Source: Promethearchaeota archaeon (GTDB lineage Archaea > Asgardarchaeota > Heimdallarchaeia > Hodarchaeales > Hodarchaeaceae). From it: 64,000 nt of DNA. The notes below the pieces were generated by a model. That model saw only the letters and a list, made by a program, of their open reading frames with translations. It had not been told where the DNA came from and searched no databases. The number at the start of each line of letters is the position of its first letter. Positions within the stretch are counted from its first letter, which is position 1. Positions 39,590-49,360 of this stretch are shown here, piece after piece. The stretch lies in assembly GCA_048938105.1 (NCBI GenBank), contig JBHLMN010000003.1:64001-128000 (forward strand), written 5' to 3'. The position numbers and the translations under genes were made by a program.

Positions 39590-40564
39590 TTAACCTCCAA
39601 TGATAAACGGTGTGACAATCAATCCAAGTATAATTACCAATGCTGCTCCAGTAAGGAGTATATAATCCTTTATAATAAAATCAGTCCCCCAAAAGGGCGT
39701 AAAACCATCAAAATCTGTACTGATAATTAAACCATATAGTAATAGTGTACCAAACCCTATAGCAAAATCCATGGTCGAACTTGTAAAAAATAAACCAGTA
39801 GATAATGGAACCAGAACGATAGAAAGGATAATCCCTTTGAAAAATCCCGAATTGAAAGGAACCACGGGATAAAGTACACCTATTAAACACCCGAAGAACC
39901 ATATATATAATAGAAGGAATACTACATTTCTCTGTAACCACCAAGCCCATGGCTGCAGTAAAAAACCAAGAGGTTGAGCTAAAATTGCAATTCCTAATAC
40001 TAGAGGTAGTAAGATTAAGGAAATGAAAACGTTATGAGAGATACTGTTCTCTAAACGTCTTTTAAGATTAAATTCAACTTGAGATATCTTTGCTGATTTT
40101 ATTTGATCATTCTGCAAATACTCGCTTAAATCGTTAATATATACTGGACCGAATTTCGCTTCCCATTCAGCCTTTTTCAGTACAATATGATCAACTCCAG
40201 CAGCTGAAAGTTGTGGAAGTATTAACTGACGATGATTTATCGCTTCTGATAGATCGGTATCTTCTATTTGTTCAAGAATCTTCTCTGCAGTAAAATTACC
40301 CCCTACAGCGGAACACCAAACATTCACTCCTTCAGTATCAACTACTAACAACCAGGAATTAATGTTCTGTTTCTCTAAAGAAGACACAATCCTTTTGTAA
40401 GTAACAAAATAATTTGAAGTTACCAAAACAGGAGATTCTTCAGTTGGATTACCAATTGGATAAAGTCCAGGTTTAACGTTCAAGTTGAAACCGGGGAAGG
40501 CGATCCCTGCAATAACTATTGAAAACAATTCTTTGAGTACATCCAACATACTCATTATGATCAC
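39590..40564 (-). CDS. HgcA-like corrinoid protein (CdhD/CFeSP-like cobalamin domain plus TM domain)
   Basis: KPGLYPIGNPTEESPVLVTSNY, WLLVVDTEGVNVWCSAVGG (cap helix), HRQLILPQLSAAGV, FGPV, then ~5 TM helices. Confidence 0.88.
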   Translation of the reverse strand: MIIMSMLDVLKELFSIVIAGIAFPGFNLNVKPGLYPIGNPTEESPVLVTSNYFVTYKRIVSSLEKQNINSWLLVVDTEGVNVWCSAVGGNFTAEKILEQIEDTDLSEAINHRQLILPQLSAAGVDHIVLKKAEWEAKFGPVYINDLSEYLQNDQIKSAKISQVEFNLKRRLENSISHNVFISLILLPLVLGIAILAQPLGFLLQPWAWWLQRNVVFLLLYIWFFGCLIGVLYPVVPFNSGFFKGIILSIVLVPLSTGLFFTSSTMDFAIGFGTLLLYGLIISTDFDGFTPFWGTDFIIKDYILLTGAALVIILGLIVTPFIIGG

Positions 40565-40603
40565 ACATCTGGGTTTATTGAATATTATATTTTTAATTTA
40601 CTC

Positions 40604-41254
40604 TCACTTAGCTTCCTTCTTGATAATAAATAAGGTAAGATGTCCATTTAGGTAATGTTTTTGATCAATGATGGAACCAAAAGTTGATAGAAGAGTTGTT
40701 ATATCATGAATAGGATGTTTTGGAACTTTAACGAATGTTGTGGCTATTATGTAGGCAGGGAATCTCAGCAAATTGATAACTAAACGTTTGATTCTGCTTG
40801 TGGGGATTGATTCTGTGACAAGTATAAGTATACCATTTGTTTTCAAGCAGGAATGAAACTCATTAAGGGTTTTTTTAACCCCCTCGTAGTTTAATTCCGA
40901 TAAAACCAGAGAACAGAGAATAATATCGAATAATTCGAGTTTTAGTGGTAGAGCAGTAATTGAAGATCTAACCAGACAAGGGAGGGATTTTCTTCCAAAA
41001 AATCTTTTTCGTGCTTGCTGAAGCATTTTTTCAGAGATATCAATACCAATATGATCTACCCAAGTAGCATCTGCTATTTCTATAAAACGACCAGTACCAC
41101 AACCTGCATCAAGAAGAAACTGATTTTTATGCAAATAATTCTCTTTAATATATGTATAAATCCTACCACGGCGACCAAAAGTTAGAAAATTGATTAAACA
41201 CTCATATTTATTTGGTGCCTTCTTTTCAGCTAATGTCATCAAAATTGTTGCCAT
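40604..41254 (-). CDS. cpaM: Class I SAM-dependent methyltransferase resembling corrinoid-protein-associated methyltransferase CpaM
   Basis: LLDAGCGTG, GIDISEKML, FDIILCSLVLSEL. The N-terminal LMxxxExxPxKYxxxIxxLTxG pattern is recalled from CpaM (not searched). Adjacent to the HgcA-like gene. ATG 41254 preferred over the track start 41266. Confidence 0.7.
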   Translation of the reverse strand: MATILMTLAEKKAPNKYECLINFLTFGRRGRIYTYIKENYLHKNQFLLDAGCGTGRFIEIADATWVDHIGIDISEKMLQQARKRFFGRKSLPCLVRSSITALPLKLELFDIILCSLVLSELNYEGVKKTLNEFHSCLKTNGILILVTESIPTSRIKRLVINLLRFPAYIIATTFVKVPKHPIHDITTLLSTFGSIIDQKHYLNGHLTLFIIKKEAK

Positions 41255-41525
41255 TTTATTAATCAAAGAATGAAAAAATCCCTTTAGTAAATCAAGTTTT
41301 TGTCAAAAATAAGGGATCAAATCCTATTATTATAACAGGAGATCTATTAAAATCGTTACTCTATAAGCTAATTAGGCATTTTAAGCTTTAATTGTGCTAC
41401 CATATTTTTCAACAATCATTCGGTAAAGAAACAATTCAATTCATGTCCCTTCAGCCAATTTTTCAGATGAAATTGAAACAGAACTTTAGAGGATGAGTTC
41501 AAGGTTTTTTGGCACGATTTTGTTC

Positions 41526-42773
41526 TTAGTTTCTCAAAAAAAGGAGAAAAAAGAATCCACATAAGGAAAAGAAGCACGCGAAGTAAAAAATCAATGAATA
41601 CTGGCCTGGAGCTATCGCCAATAATATTCCATCAATAGAAGGCCCTAAAGCACCTACAAGATTAGCAACAAGCATTACCCAACCAAAAGCTCTTCCCTGT
41701 TGTGTTGAGTTTTTAGCTACAAGACTATTCGTCGAAGGCCAAAATAAGGCGTTCATTATTCCTAATAGGATATAAAGGAAGAGGAGAACCAGATTATCAA
41801 AAATTACAAACATAGATGCCAGAATTAATACTTGAAAAACTGCGGTAAACAAAAGAACAACCTTTTCTCCATATTTATCCCCAAAAAGTCCACCTACAAC
41901 TTGTCCTGTTGATCCAAGAAGAGCTGATAGACCAATATATAAAGCAGCAACTGAAATTTCTATATCTTTTACTTCTGACAGGAATGGTGAAAGAATGAAA
42001 TTGATCATTCCTCGTGTTAATGACATTACAGTTATAAAACTAAAAATAAGCAACAGCACGGAAAATTGCCCCTTATTCAAGAGGATTCTCTCAGTGGTTA
42101 ATTTATCTTGAGAAATTGGTGTTAAAGATTCACTTTGAGATTCATGCCTTCCTACGAAGAACCAGAAGACTATTGCTAATATAAATAGTGGAAAAGACCA
42201 AAGTAAATAGATTGAACGCCACGATATTGAATCAATAAGGAAGTAGACTGATATTGGTCCTATTGAAGATCCTATACTACCGCCAATTCCATGCATTGCT
42301 AATATTTGAACATATTTAGGAGAATAGGAACGAGTATTTGGATCTTCAAAAGCAGTCGAAATCCAAGAAAGGCCAGCAGGATGATAGAGAGCGAGACCAA
42401 ATCCCAGAAAAATTACACCAAATAACATTACAATAAATGACTCTCCCCATGAACCAATAAAAAAAGCCCCTAAAGCAGCAAAAATCAAACTAATTAACAT
42501 CAACGTTCCTCTCCGATATTTATCTGCTAATCTCCCAAAAATAGGGGCGGGAAGGCCTGCTGCTAATGTTCCAATTGTTCCTAGTGACCCTAATCCAATC
42601 CAACTTAGTTCTCCCAAATTAGGAAACAGATCTTCTCCTATAAGAAGTAAAATTACAGGAAAAATAAAAAAAGGTATTTCTATACTACAATGAATAAGAA
42701 TAGCAGAGACTAAGCTGATATTGGGAGTTATCTTTTCAGTTGTTTTTTCCATCAAATCAGTGCATCGACCCAC
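41526..42773 (-). CDS. MFS transporter
   Basis: GRLADKYRRG and GLFGDKYGEK motif A, GLALYHPAG, ~12 TM. Probable ATG at 42752. Confidence 0.9.
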   Translation of the reverse strand: MGRCTDLMEKTTEKITPNISLVSAILIHCSIEIPFFIFPVILLLIGEDLFPNLGELSWIGLGSLGTIGTLAAGLPAPIFGRLADKYRRGTLMLISLIFAALGAFFIGSWGESFIVMLFGVIFLGFGLALYHPAGLSWISTAFEDPNTRSYSPKYVQILAMHGIGGSIGSSIGPISVYFLIDSISWRSIYLLWSFPLFILAIVFWFFVGRHESQSESLTPISQDKLTTERILLNKGQFSVLLLIFSFITVMSLTRGMINFILSPFLSEVKDIEISVAALYIGLSALLGSTGQVVGGLFGDKYGEKVVLLFTAVFQVLILASMFVIFDNLVLLFLYILLGIMNALFWPSTNSLVAKNSTQQGRAFGWVMLVANLVGALGPSIDGILLAIAPGQYSLIFYFACFFSLCGFFFLLFLRN

Positions 42774-42822
42774 ATGTGCAGCAAGAATTCAGAATTTATG
42801 AGGCGAGAAATTGTGTCATTTA

Positions 42823-43785
42823 TTAATCTTCAAGTTTTATAGAAGCAGCTCCACTTTGTCTTTCATAACTGACCATTGCTACCCCTATTGCACAAAAAAT
42901 GCCTCCTATGAGGGCAAAAAACGATTGTTCTCCCAAAAAAATCCAAGCAAAAAGCAATGAAAATAATGGTATTAAAAACTGGATATTTCCAGCCTGTGTT
43001 GGCCCAAACTTTTGAACTAGCTGCAAATAAAGAGTGAATGCAACTGCTGCAGCGCCTACACCAATTACTACTAGTCCCCAAATACTCTCTAATGTATAGC
43101 TTTCAAATGAAGGAAGATATTCTGTTGATAAGGAAAGTATTAGCAAGATCATTGAAGCAATAAAAAGATTAAGAGCTGTAACCTCCTCTGAGTGACTTTC
43201 TTGAAAAAACCACCTTAATGATAGCGAATAACCAGCCCAAGCGACACCTGATAGAAAACCTAAAAGGTACCCAAGGATAAAATCCATCATAGGAATACTC
43301 TCTGTCTCTAAAGACGTTAAAAAGATAAAGCCAATGCCTATAGATGATATGACAAATCCTAAAGTTTTTTTACTGGAATATTTTTCATCTACGAATAGTA
43401 ATGGGGCAAAAACATAAATTAGGACAGGATTAAAATTTAGAAGAACGGAAGAACTACCTCCAAGAATGAACAAAACCGAAAAGTTTTGGCCAATAATCAT
43501 TAAGACTAGCCAAGATGAGCAAAATAAAATGGATTTAAAATGCTTTTTTAAGAGATGTTTCAAGTTCTCAAGCTTTTTTTGAAATCCTATAATCATTAAT
43601 AAAGCAATAAATCCGAAAATATAACGGAGAAAGCCAAAATACAATCCTGGGAAAAAACTTTTCGTACCAACCCAAAGTTTTGATACTAAGGGCGGAGTTG
43701 ACCAAAGTATTACAATAATAATTGCCTTTACGAAGAAATCTGGGTCAAATTTCTTTTCTGAGGAATGCATTAGCTTAAAACTCAT
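42823..43785 (-). CDS. DMT/EamA-family transporter
   Basis: Two EamA repeats with ~10 TM; FLRY, AWAGYS and LFAWIFLGE motifs. Confidence 0.9.
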   Translation of the reverse strand: MSFKLMHSSEKKFDPDFFVKAIIIVILWSTPPLVSKLWVGTKSFFPGLYFGFLRYIFGFIALLMIIGFQKKLENLKHLLKKHFKSILFCSSWLVLMIIGQNFSVLFILGGSSSVLLNFNPVLIYVFAPLLFVDEKYSSKKTLGFVISSIGIGFIFLTSLETESIPMMDFILGYLLGFLSGVAWAGYSLSLRWFFQESHSEEVTALNLFIASMILLILSLSTEYLPSFESYTLESIWGLVVIGVGAAAVAFTLYLQLVQKFGPTQAGNIQFLIPLFSLLFAWIFLGEQSFFALIGGIFCAIGVAMVSYERQSGAASIKLED

Positions 43786-44234
43786 CAGCGAAAGAAAGAA
43801 TATAGAATTAGATCTTTGCTTAAGAATTCCTTTCGTAAATAGCCTTCAGGAAGAAATTCAAAATGGGCAATGATTTTACGCATTGGCACATTCCAGGGTC
43901 GTATATATATTTTCACCTTGAACCAGTCATTTTTTCGGGCCAAATCCAGACAAGCTTCAATTAATCTTGTACCAATGCCATTTCCTCTGTAGCTAGGATC
44001 CACAGCTAACATATGAATCTGTGCAGGTTGTTCTTTTGTCTCTGCTTGAATTAATGCAAAAGCAATGAGCTTATTATTTTCCTCTTCCACGAGAAGCACG
44101 ACTTCTTCTTTTTCAATTCTCGAAGTTAGGAGTGACGGGGAAGGTAATTGCATTCCTTCTTCAATTTCATCTTTAAAGCAGATAGTCATTAATTCAATGA
44201 CCTTGGAGATGTCTTCTTGTTTAGAAGTTCGCAT
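43785..44234 (-). CDS. GNAT-family N-acetyltransferase
   Basis: LAVDPSYRGNGIGTRL acetyl-CoA motif. 1-nt overlap with the EamA gene. Confidence 0.9.
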   Translation of the reverse strand: MRTSKQEDISKVIELMTICFKDEIEEGMQLPSPSLLTSRIEKEEVVLLVEEENNKLIAFALIQAETKEQPAQIHMLAVDPSYRGNGIGTRLIEACLDLARKNDWFKVKIYIRPWNVPMRKIIAHFEFLPEGYLRKEFLSKDLILYSFFR

Positions 44235-44448
44235 TGCAATTCTTATTTTACTTTCTAATAATGATTTTAAAAATTTTGAGTCTCTCTGGATCCTTAAATT
44301 CGTAAGAATTTCTAAAAAAAACTAATAACCTTCTCTTATTTTTTCCACTATAGAAATAGTTTAAATAATGATAGTACCTAATTTATTGAAAACTTGAGGA
44401 GAGCTCAAAGCCTAGTTAAAACGTGACTATGTTATTGGAAGACTAATT

Positions 44449-46032
44449 ATGCAATGTCCAAAATGTGGCACCGTAAATTCTGAAAGTGCCCAGTTTTGTA
44501 TGGAATGTGGAACAGCATTTCCTAAACATAAATCAATGGACTTTTTCCACCCTAGTCCTTCTAGACATTGTCCAAAATGTGGAGTATCAAATCCAAAAGA
44601 TGGAAACTTCTGTTTTGAATGTGGAACTTCTCTAGAAAGAGTTCCCCAACTTCAATCCCGTCAATGTCCAACCTGCGGAATTACATTAGATCCTTCTCGC
44701 CTTTTTTGTCCAAATTGTGGTCAATCTTTAATTGAAAAACCTCTAGATGCAAAGATAGACCAAGAACCTGTTCCATCTATAGAAAAACATATTGAATGTC
44801 CCGCTTGTGGGCAACTCACCACTGGAGATTATTGCAGGAACTGTGGATACAATTTAACAATACGAATGCATAAAAGACCCATTGATTGGTGGTACTGTGA
44901 TCGTGATTCAGCAGTAATGACAGAAATTAACCCAAATTTACAAATTCCTGTATCTCGTACATCTCTTGATGCCTCTCTAGCTAAAGCGATAGAACAAAAC
45001 ATCCTCCAGCACCATGATCGTGAAAAAGCTCGCTCATTAGCCTTACAACTATTTGAAAGTGGGGGGAAAACTAATTTTGAAGTTTTATCTCAAGTACGCT
45101 GTCCTGTTTGTGGCCATCAATCACTAGCACCAACAACGCAACGACCTCGAAAAGTAGGTATAAGTTACCCCCGAGAAATAGCTTTAAATGTTAGTTCCAT
45201 TTTGCAAAATGGGATACTTTACTTCCGAGCTTACCCTCAACTCATGTTGATTATTTTATGTGCAATTATAACTGATGGGGGATTAATTCTCTTAGGATTA
45301 AGTGCTGCATCTTACTATGATGTAAATTCTATGTTATTCAATTTGGCCTTACCTAGTGTGGCTATGGGAGGAGCTATTTCTTCTCTCACCACTCTAATCG
45401 TGATCTTTTTAGTATCTTATGTAGCTAATACTTTCTTTCAATGTTGGTATTATACGAGTCTTAAAGAAATTATACATGATAAAGAATCTCCCTTCAATAT
45501 TGCCAACAGCTTCAAAAACAGCTTCACCTTTCTACCTCGAGCTGTGGCAGCTCAATTCGTGATCATGGGAATAATCTTATCTCTAGTAATTGGAATGTTT
45601 CTTGTTATTGTTGTATTGGGTGTAGGTTTGTCTTTAAGTAATTCTACTTCCTCATTCTTCATGTTCTTGATATTTGTTCTCGTTGCAATAATTGCCATAT
45701 TTGGTCTTACTGTTCTCTTTATGGTTTTTTTTAGCTATGTTAATATGTCGATTGTTTTTGATTATAATAGTGGGGTTATACTTAGCCTTAAACGCTCTTG
45801 GAGGTTTACTCGACGATATTTCTGGACAACAGTAGGAATTCTCATTATTTTTTATATTGGCTCATCTGTACTAGTAAGTTTTTTAGGTACTTTTTTCTCA
45901 CCTTTCTATGTTCTCCTGGGTTCTAGCCTCATATCTACATTAGTTTATACCATTTTCACTCGTTTAGTGGAAGCTTATAGATCTATAAGCTTGGGGTGGG
46001 CATATGATGGATTCAAACACACTATTGATTAA
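44449..46032 (+). CDS. Multi-zinc-ribbon (DZR) membrane protein
   Basis: Four or more CPxCG...FCxxCG ribbons at the N-terminus. C-terminal TM domain with a SLKRSWRFTRRYFW motif typical of membrane proteins in MoxR clusters. Confidence 0.85.
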   Translation: MQCPKCGTVNSESAQFCMECGTAFPKHKSMDFFHPSPSRHCPKCGVSNPKDGNFCFECGTSLERVPQLQSRQCPTCGITLDPSRLFCPNCGQSLIEKPLDAKIDQEPVPSIEKHIECPACGQLTTGDYCRNCGYNLTIRMHKRPIDWWYCDRDSAVMTEINPNLQIPVSRTSLDASLAKAIEQNILQHHDREKARSLALQLFESGGKTNFEVLSQVRCPVCGHQSLAPTTQRPRKVGISYPREIALNVSSILQNGILYFRAYPQLMLIILCAIITDGGLILLGLSAASYYDVNSMLFNLALPSVAMGGAISSLTTLIVIFLVSYVANTFFQCWYYTSLKEIIHDKESPFNIANSFKNSFTFLPRAVAAQFVIMGIILSLVIGMFLVIVVLGVGLSLSNSTSSFFMFLIFVLVAIIAIFGLTVLFMVFFSYVNMSIVFDYNSGVILSLKRSWRFTRRYFWTTVGILIIFYIGSSVLVSFLGTFFSPFYVLLGSSLISTLVYTIFTRLVEAYRSISLGWAYDGFKHTID

Positions 46033-46052
46033 CACAATCAATTGGAGAGATT

Positions 46053-47810
46053 ATTATTTTTCCTGACAAATCAACAACCAACAATCAAACAATTCATTCT
46101 TCAAACTGGTCACCTCTCCTCCTTCGTACAATTAGCCTAACAGCTTTATCAAGTCTCATATCTCTTCTAATACTCTCATGGGTTACTCAGTGGGATCCGT
46201 TTCTTTGGACTTTGACTCAGTACTTAAGCCCTTTACTATTCTTAGGCATTTGGATTCCTTTTGCGGGTTCATTTCTCAATCTAGATCTAGAAGTCCAGTC
46301 ACTCAAGAGAACAGGTCCTTCAATCCTATTTGCAAGTGTGTTGGTGGTTTTAGGTGCTTTATTACTGAACCAACGTTTACTTTTTGTGATTCTTAACGCG
46401 ATTTCTAGTCTATTTGTGCTAGAGACAACCCTTACAAGCCAATTCGTTGTTAATGAGCTTATTGTAGGAATAATTCTCCCAGCAAACGAGGAAATTATGA
46501 AGATTCTCCCCATTATTGTGGTAGCTCGCGCCTCAATTATTTTTTTTAATCCAGAAAAGAGTGATCCCAGTTCAGAATATAAAACCCATCATTCTATAAT
46601 GACCCTCCGACAGTTTGGATTCTATGGTATTGTAAGTGGGACAATTTTCACATTTTTGGAACTATTTCTTTACCAATGGCAATTAGTTGACTCCACTGAA
46701 GCAACTGAAGAGATATTTGTCCAGATATTGTTTCGTACTCTCGCTCCTGTTCACATTCTCACAACTTTCCTTATTACTCTTGGGATAGGTCTCTTTTTAA
46801 TTCGAGTAGCAGAAAATACAAGTTATAGGACATCCATTCTCACGAGTACTGGGTACTTTATTGCAGGTTGGGCACTTCACTCCTTATGGAATACAATCAA
46901 CATATTTTATGGAGTTTTTCGTCAGGATGCTGAATCTGAGCTTTATATGATTTTGACAATTTTCGGAATATTTATTTTCATCATGTTATTTACTGGAATA
47001 ATCAGAATTTTCAAACCACTACCAAGAATATGTTCTCATTGTGGTTTAGAAGAAAAAGGTTATCATTTACATGATAAACATATAATTAAAACCTCTACAT
47101 ATCATAAAATCCTTCTTCCGCTATTTTCTTATATGAGTATAAACAAATTAAAAAAGAGTATTTCTTGCCCATTTTGCGCTAATCCACTTATATTGGGTAC
47201 TTGTTCGTCCTGTGGAGCCAGCACTTTTGTCACCTGTCCCCAATGTAACGGATTCATTTCAGAAACTACCTCGGTCTGTCCACATTGTAATAAGAAAATA
47301 AATCCAGTAATAGAGCTGCAAACCAAGGCTTTTTCATGGCCAGAAACCTTTATTTTAGGAATTTCGTCACTAGCTAGTTTAGCCTTCTTAATTGCACCAA
47401 TAAGTATTCTTGTTTTTGGCCAAATGGGTGAGTTGGGCTCATTAGTTAATCCAATTCTGCTATTTTACTTTCTAATAAGTCTTACTACTCTAATAAATGT
47501 TATAACCACGTTATTCTTTAATAGAACCGCTGGAATGTTAGTTCTATTCTGTTATTTTCTTTCATTGGCATTACTAATATTTATAATCGTAGGTGGATTT
47601 GTGATAATAAGTTTCATGAAAGGTCTCATTACTCAAGATACTCTAGGCTTGGGTCTTATATGTTTAGGAGCAGCTATCCTATTCTTCATCATATATCGCT
47701 TTATACACATTTTTATTTTTAACTACTCTCCAGTATTTCCTGAATACGAAATTGCCAATATTGGGGGATCTAATAACTCATCAAAGGAGGTTAATGACAA
47801 CGCGAGCTAA
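46053..47810 (+). CDS. PrsW-family intramembrane metalloprotease fused to Zn ribbons and extra TM helices
   Basis: NEEIMK, FTFLE, PVH and HSLWN PrsW motifs; CSHC/CPFC/CPQC ribbons. The track start is 46212 (TTG), but the frame is open from 46029 with GGAG followed by ATT codons, so the start is uncertain. Confidence 0.8.
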   Translation: MIFPDKSTTNNQTIHSSNWSPLLLRTISLTALSSLISLLILSWVTQWDPFLWTLTQYLSPLLFLGIWIPFAGSFLNLDLEVQSLKRTGPSILFASVLVVLGALLLNQRLLFVILNAISSLFVLETTLTSQFVVNELIVGIILPANEEIMKILPIIVVARASIIFFNPEKSDPSSEYKTHHSIMTLRQFGFYGIVSGTIFTFLELFLYQWQLVDSTEATEEIFVQILFRTLAPVHILTTFLITLGIGLFLIRVAENTSYRTSILTSTGYFIAGWALHSLWNTINIFYGVFRQDAESELYMILTIFGIFIFIMLFTGIIRIFKPLPRICSHCGLEEKGYHLHDKHIIKTSTYHKILLPLFSYMSINKLKKSISCPFCANPLILGTCSSCGASTFVTCPQCNGFISETTSVCPHCNKKINPVIELQTKAFSWPETFILGISSLASLAFLIAPISILVFGQMGELGSLVNPILLFYFLISLTTLINVITTLFFNRTAGMLVLFCYFLSLALLIFIIVGGFVIISFMKGLITQDTLGLGLICLGAAILFFIIYRFIHIFIFNYSPVFPEYEIANIGGSNNSSKEVNDNAS

Positions 47811-48627
47811 TACTTTGCTTCCATTCAGACGATTAACTAAACCTAGATCAGTAGATCCAGCAGGAAATATAAAAGTAGGTTTTTTTCTTTTATTCATAGG
47901 ATTTAGCAGTCACATTCTCTTCTTTGAGGTTCTTGTTTTATTATTAAAATTGGAAACAACCTATATGCTAAGTTTTATACTTTTTGAAGTAACAGGGCTA
48001 CCTGAAATAGATATATTAACCCCATTAATTATAATTTCACTTTCTCCTTTTTTACTAATATCTACAAATCCATTTTTATTTTTAATTAGTATAATTCCCT
48101 GGGTTTTTTCGGGATTTCTTACTGGACTTTTATTTGGCCCACAACACGGTCGAGCAATCGTATTTGCCCCACCTGTCTTTATGGGGAGTATAATAACGTT
48201 ATGGTTTTTTCTTCTTTTTTCCATAGCAGGTTTAGGAGAATTAACCCCCTCTGTTGGGATATTACTCCTCAGTACCGTTATATTAATACTATCTGTGTTC
48301 TTAGTCTATGTAATTTTCCTGTTATCAATGGTAATAGCCATTCCAGCCTTAATAGGCTATACTTTTGGCAAAAACAAAACCTTATTTGCGATCTCCCCTA
48401 GGATTTTCATTGCTCAACCCGATCGTGAAGACCCTAGTAATACTCGTTGTCGGTTTTTAACCCCCCAAAACCATTGCAATGTAGCAGCTAGGGTTGGTGT
48501 GTTTTTCCCAAATATTTGTGATAATAAGTGGAATCAAGTCACATGTTCATATTATTTAAGACAAATCGCAGTTGAAAAAATGAACCAAAAATATCAACAA
48601 GGGGATTATATTGATGAAATTAAATAA
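47794..48627 (+). CDS. Membrane protein with C-terminal Cys cluster
   Basis: ~5 TM helices and a C..C..C..C tail. AGGAGG precedes ATG 47794. Confidence 0.7.
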   Translation: MTTRANTLLPFRRLTKPRSVDPAGNIKVGFFLLFIGFSSHILFFEVLVLLLKLETTYMLSFILFEVTGLPEIDILTPLIIISLSPFLLISTNPFLFLISIIPWVFSGFLTGLLFGPQHGRAIVFAPPVFMGSIITLWFFLLFSIAGLGELTPSVGILLLSTVILILSVFLVYVIFLLSMVIAIPALIGYTFGKNKTLFAISPRIFIAQPDREDPSNTRCRFLTPQNHCNVAARVGVFFPNICDNKWNQVTCSYYLRQIAVEKMNQKYQQGDYIDEIK

Positions 48628-49357
48628 AATTGCTCTGTTGGTACTCCTGTTAATCCTTCTTGGAAGTATTTTCTTAATTATTAGCAATGGGAGTAATAAT
48701 ATTCCTTATCAATCACAAAAGGAATACAGTGATGTTCCTTTAACAGATGACCCTACAACACAGCCGTTTCTCTTTCCTTTTGATTTTCAGTTTCCTTCGA
48801 TTGATATTCCAATTATTGGTGGAGTTTTTGGACTTGGAGGAACTGGTCTATGGATTATTTTCTTTACATTCTTAGTGATGCTTCTTCTACTTGTTACATC
48901 ATTAATCGTTTCCCAATTAAGGAAGACAAAAAGAGAAAAAGAAGAAGGGGCCAAGGATCTTCTTGAAACAGAGGATAGAGAACTTGAAATCCGACGTCAG
49001 ACTCTTGGAAAACGAATCGAAGAGATAATTTATTTTCTCGAAACATGTTTGGACGGCCATTATAGTCAAGGAATCACAGAGGGGTTCGAACGACTTGATT
49101 CTGCTTTAAAAGAGTATTCAAAGATATCTCGTCCAGGGTGGTTGACACCCCGAGAATTTACTCTTCTAAAGATTCCCTATTTCAATCATGATGCAATGAT
49201 AGCTGCTGTTGAGCAGTTTTACCGTATTACTTATGGCGAGAGAACAGCTAAGCGAAAAGAACTTGAAGAATTTATTCTATATTTCCAACAAATGATTGCT
49301 GATAAAGCAGTACTTAAATGGAAAGCTGATTCACCACCAATTCTAAAGGATGGTTAA
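48611..49357 (+). CDS. DUF4129-like membrane protein
   Basis: RPGWLTPREF...FYRITYG motif plus MoxR-cluster context. Confidence 0.75.
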   Translation: MMKLNKIALLVLLLILLGSIFLIISNGSNNIPYQSQKEYSDVPLTDDPTTQPFLFPFDFQFPSIDIPIIGGVFGLGGTGLWIIFFTFLVMLLLLVTSLIVSQLRKTKREKEEGAKDLLETEDRELEIRRQTLGKRIEEIIYFLETCLDGHYSQGITEGFERLDSALKEYSKISRPGWLTPREFTLLKIPYFNHDAMIAAVEQFYRITYGERTAKRKELEEFILYFQQMIADKAVLKWKADSPPILKDG

Positions 49358-49360
49358 TTA

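Noticed and set aside
39366-40564. Calling these bona fide hgcA/hgcB mercury methylation genes
   Set aside because: The cap-helix and ferredoxin motifs deviate from consensus and the HgcB C-terminal cysteines are absent, so they are reported as paralogues.
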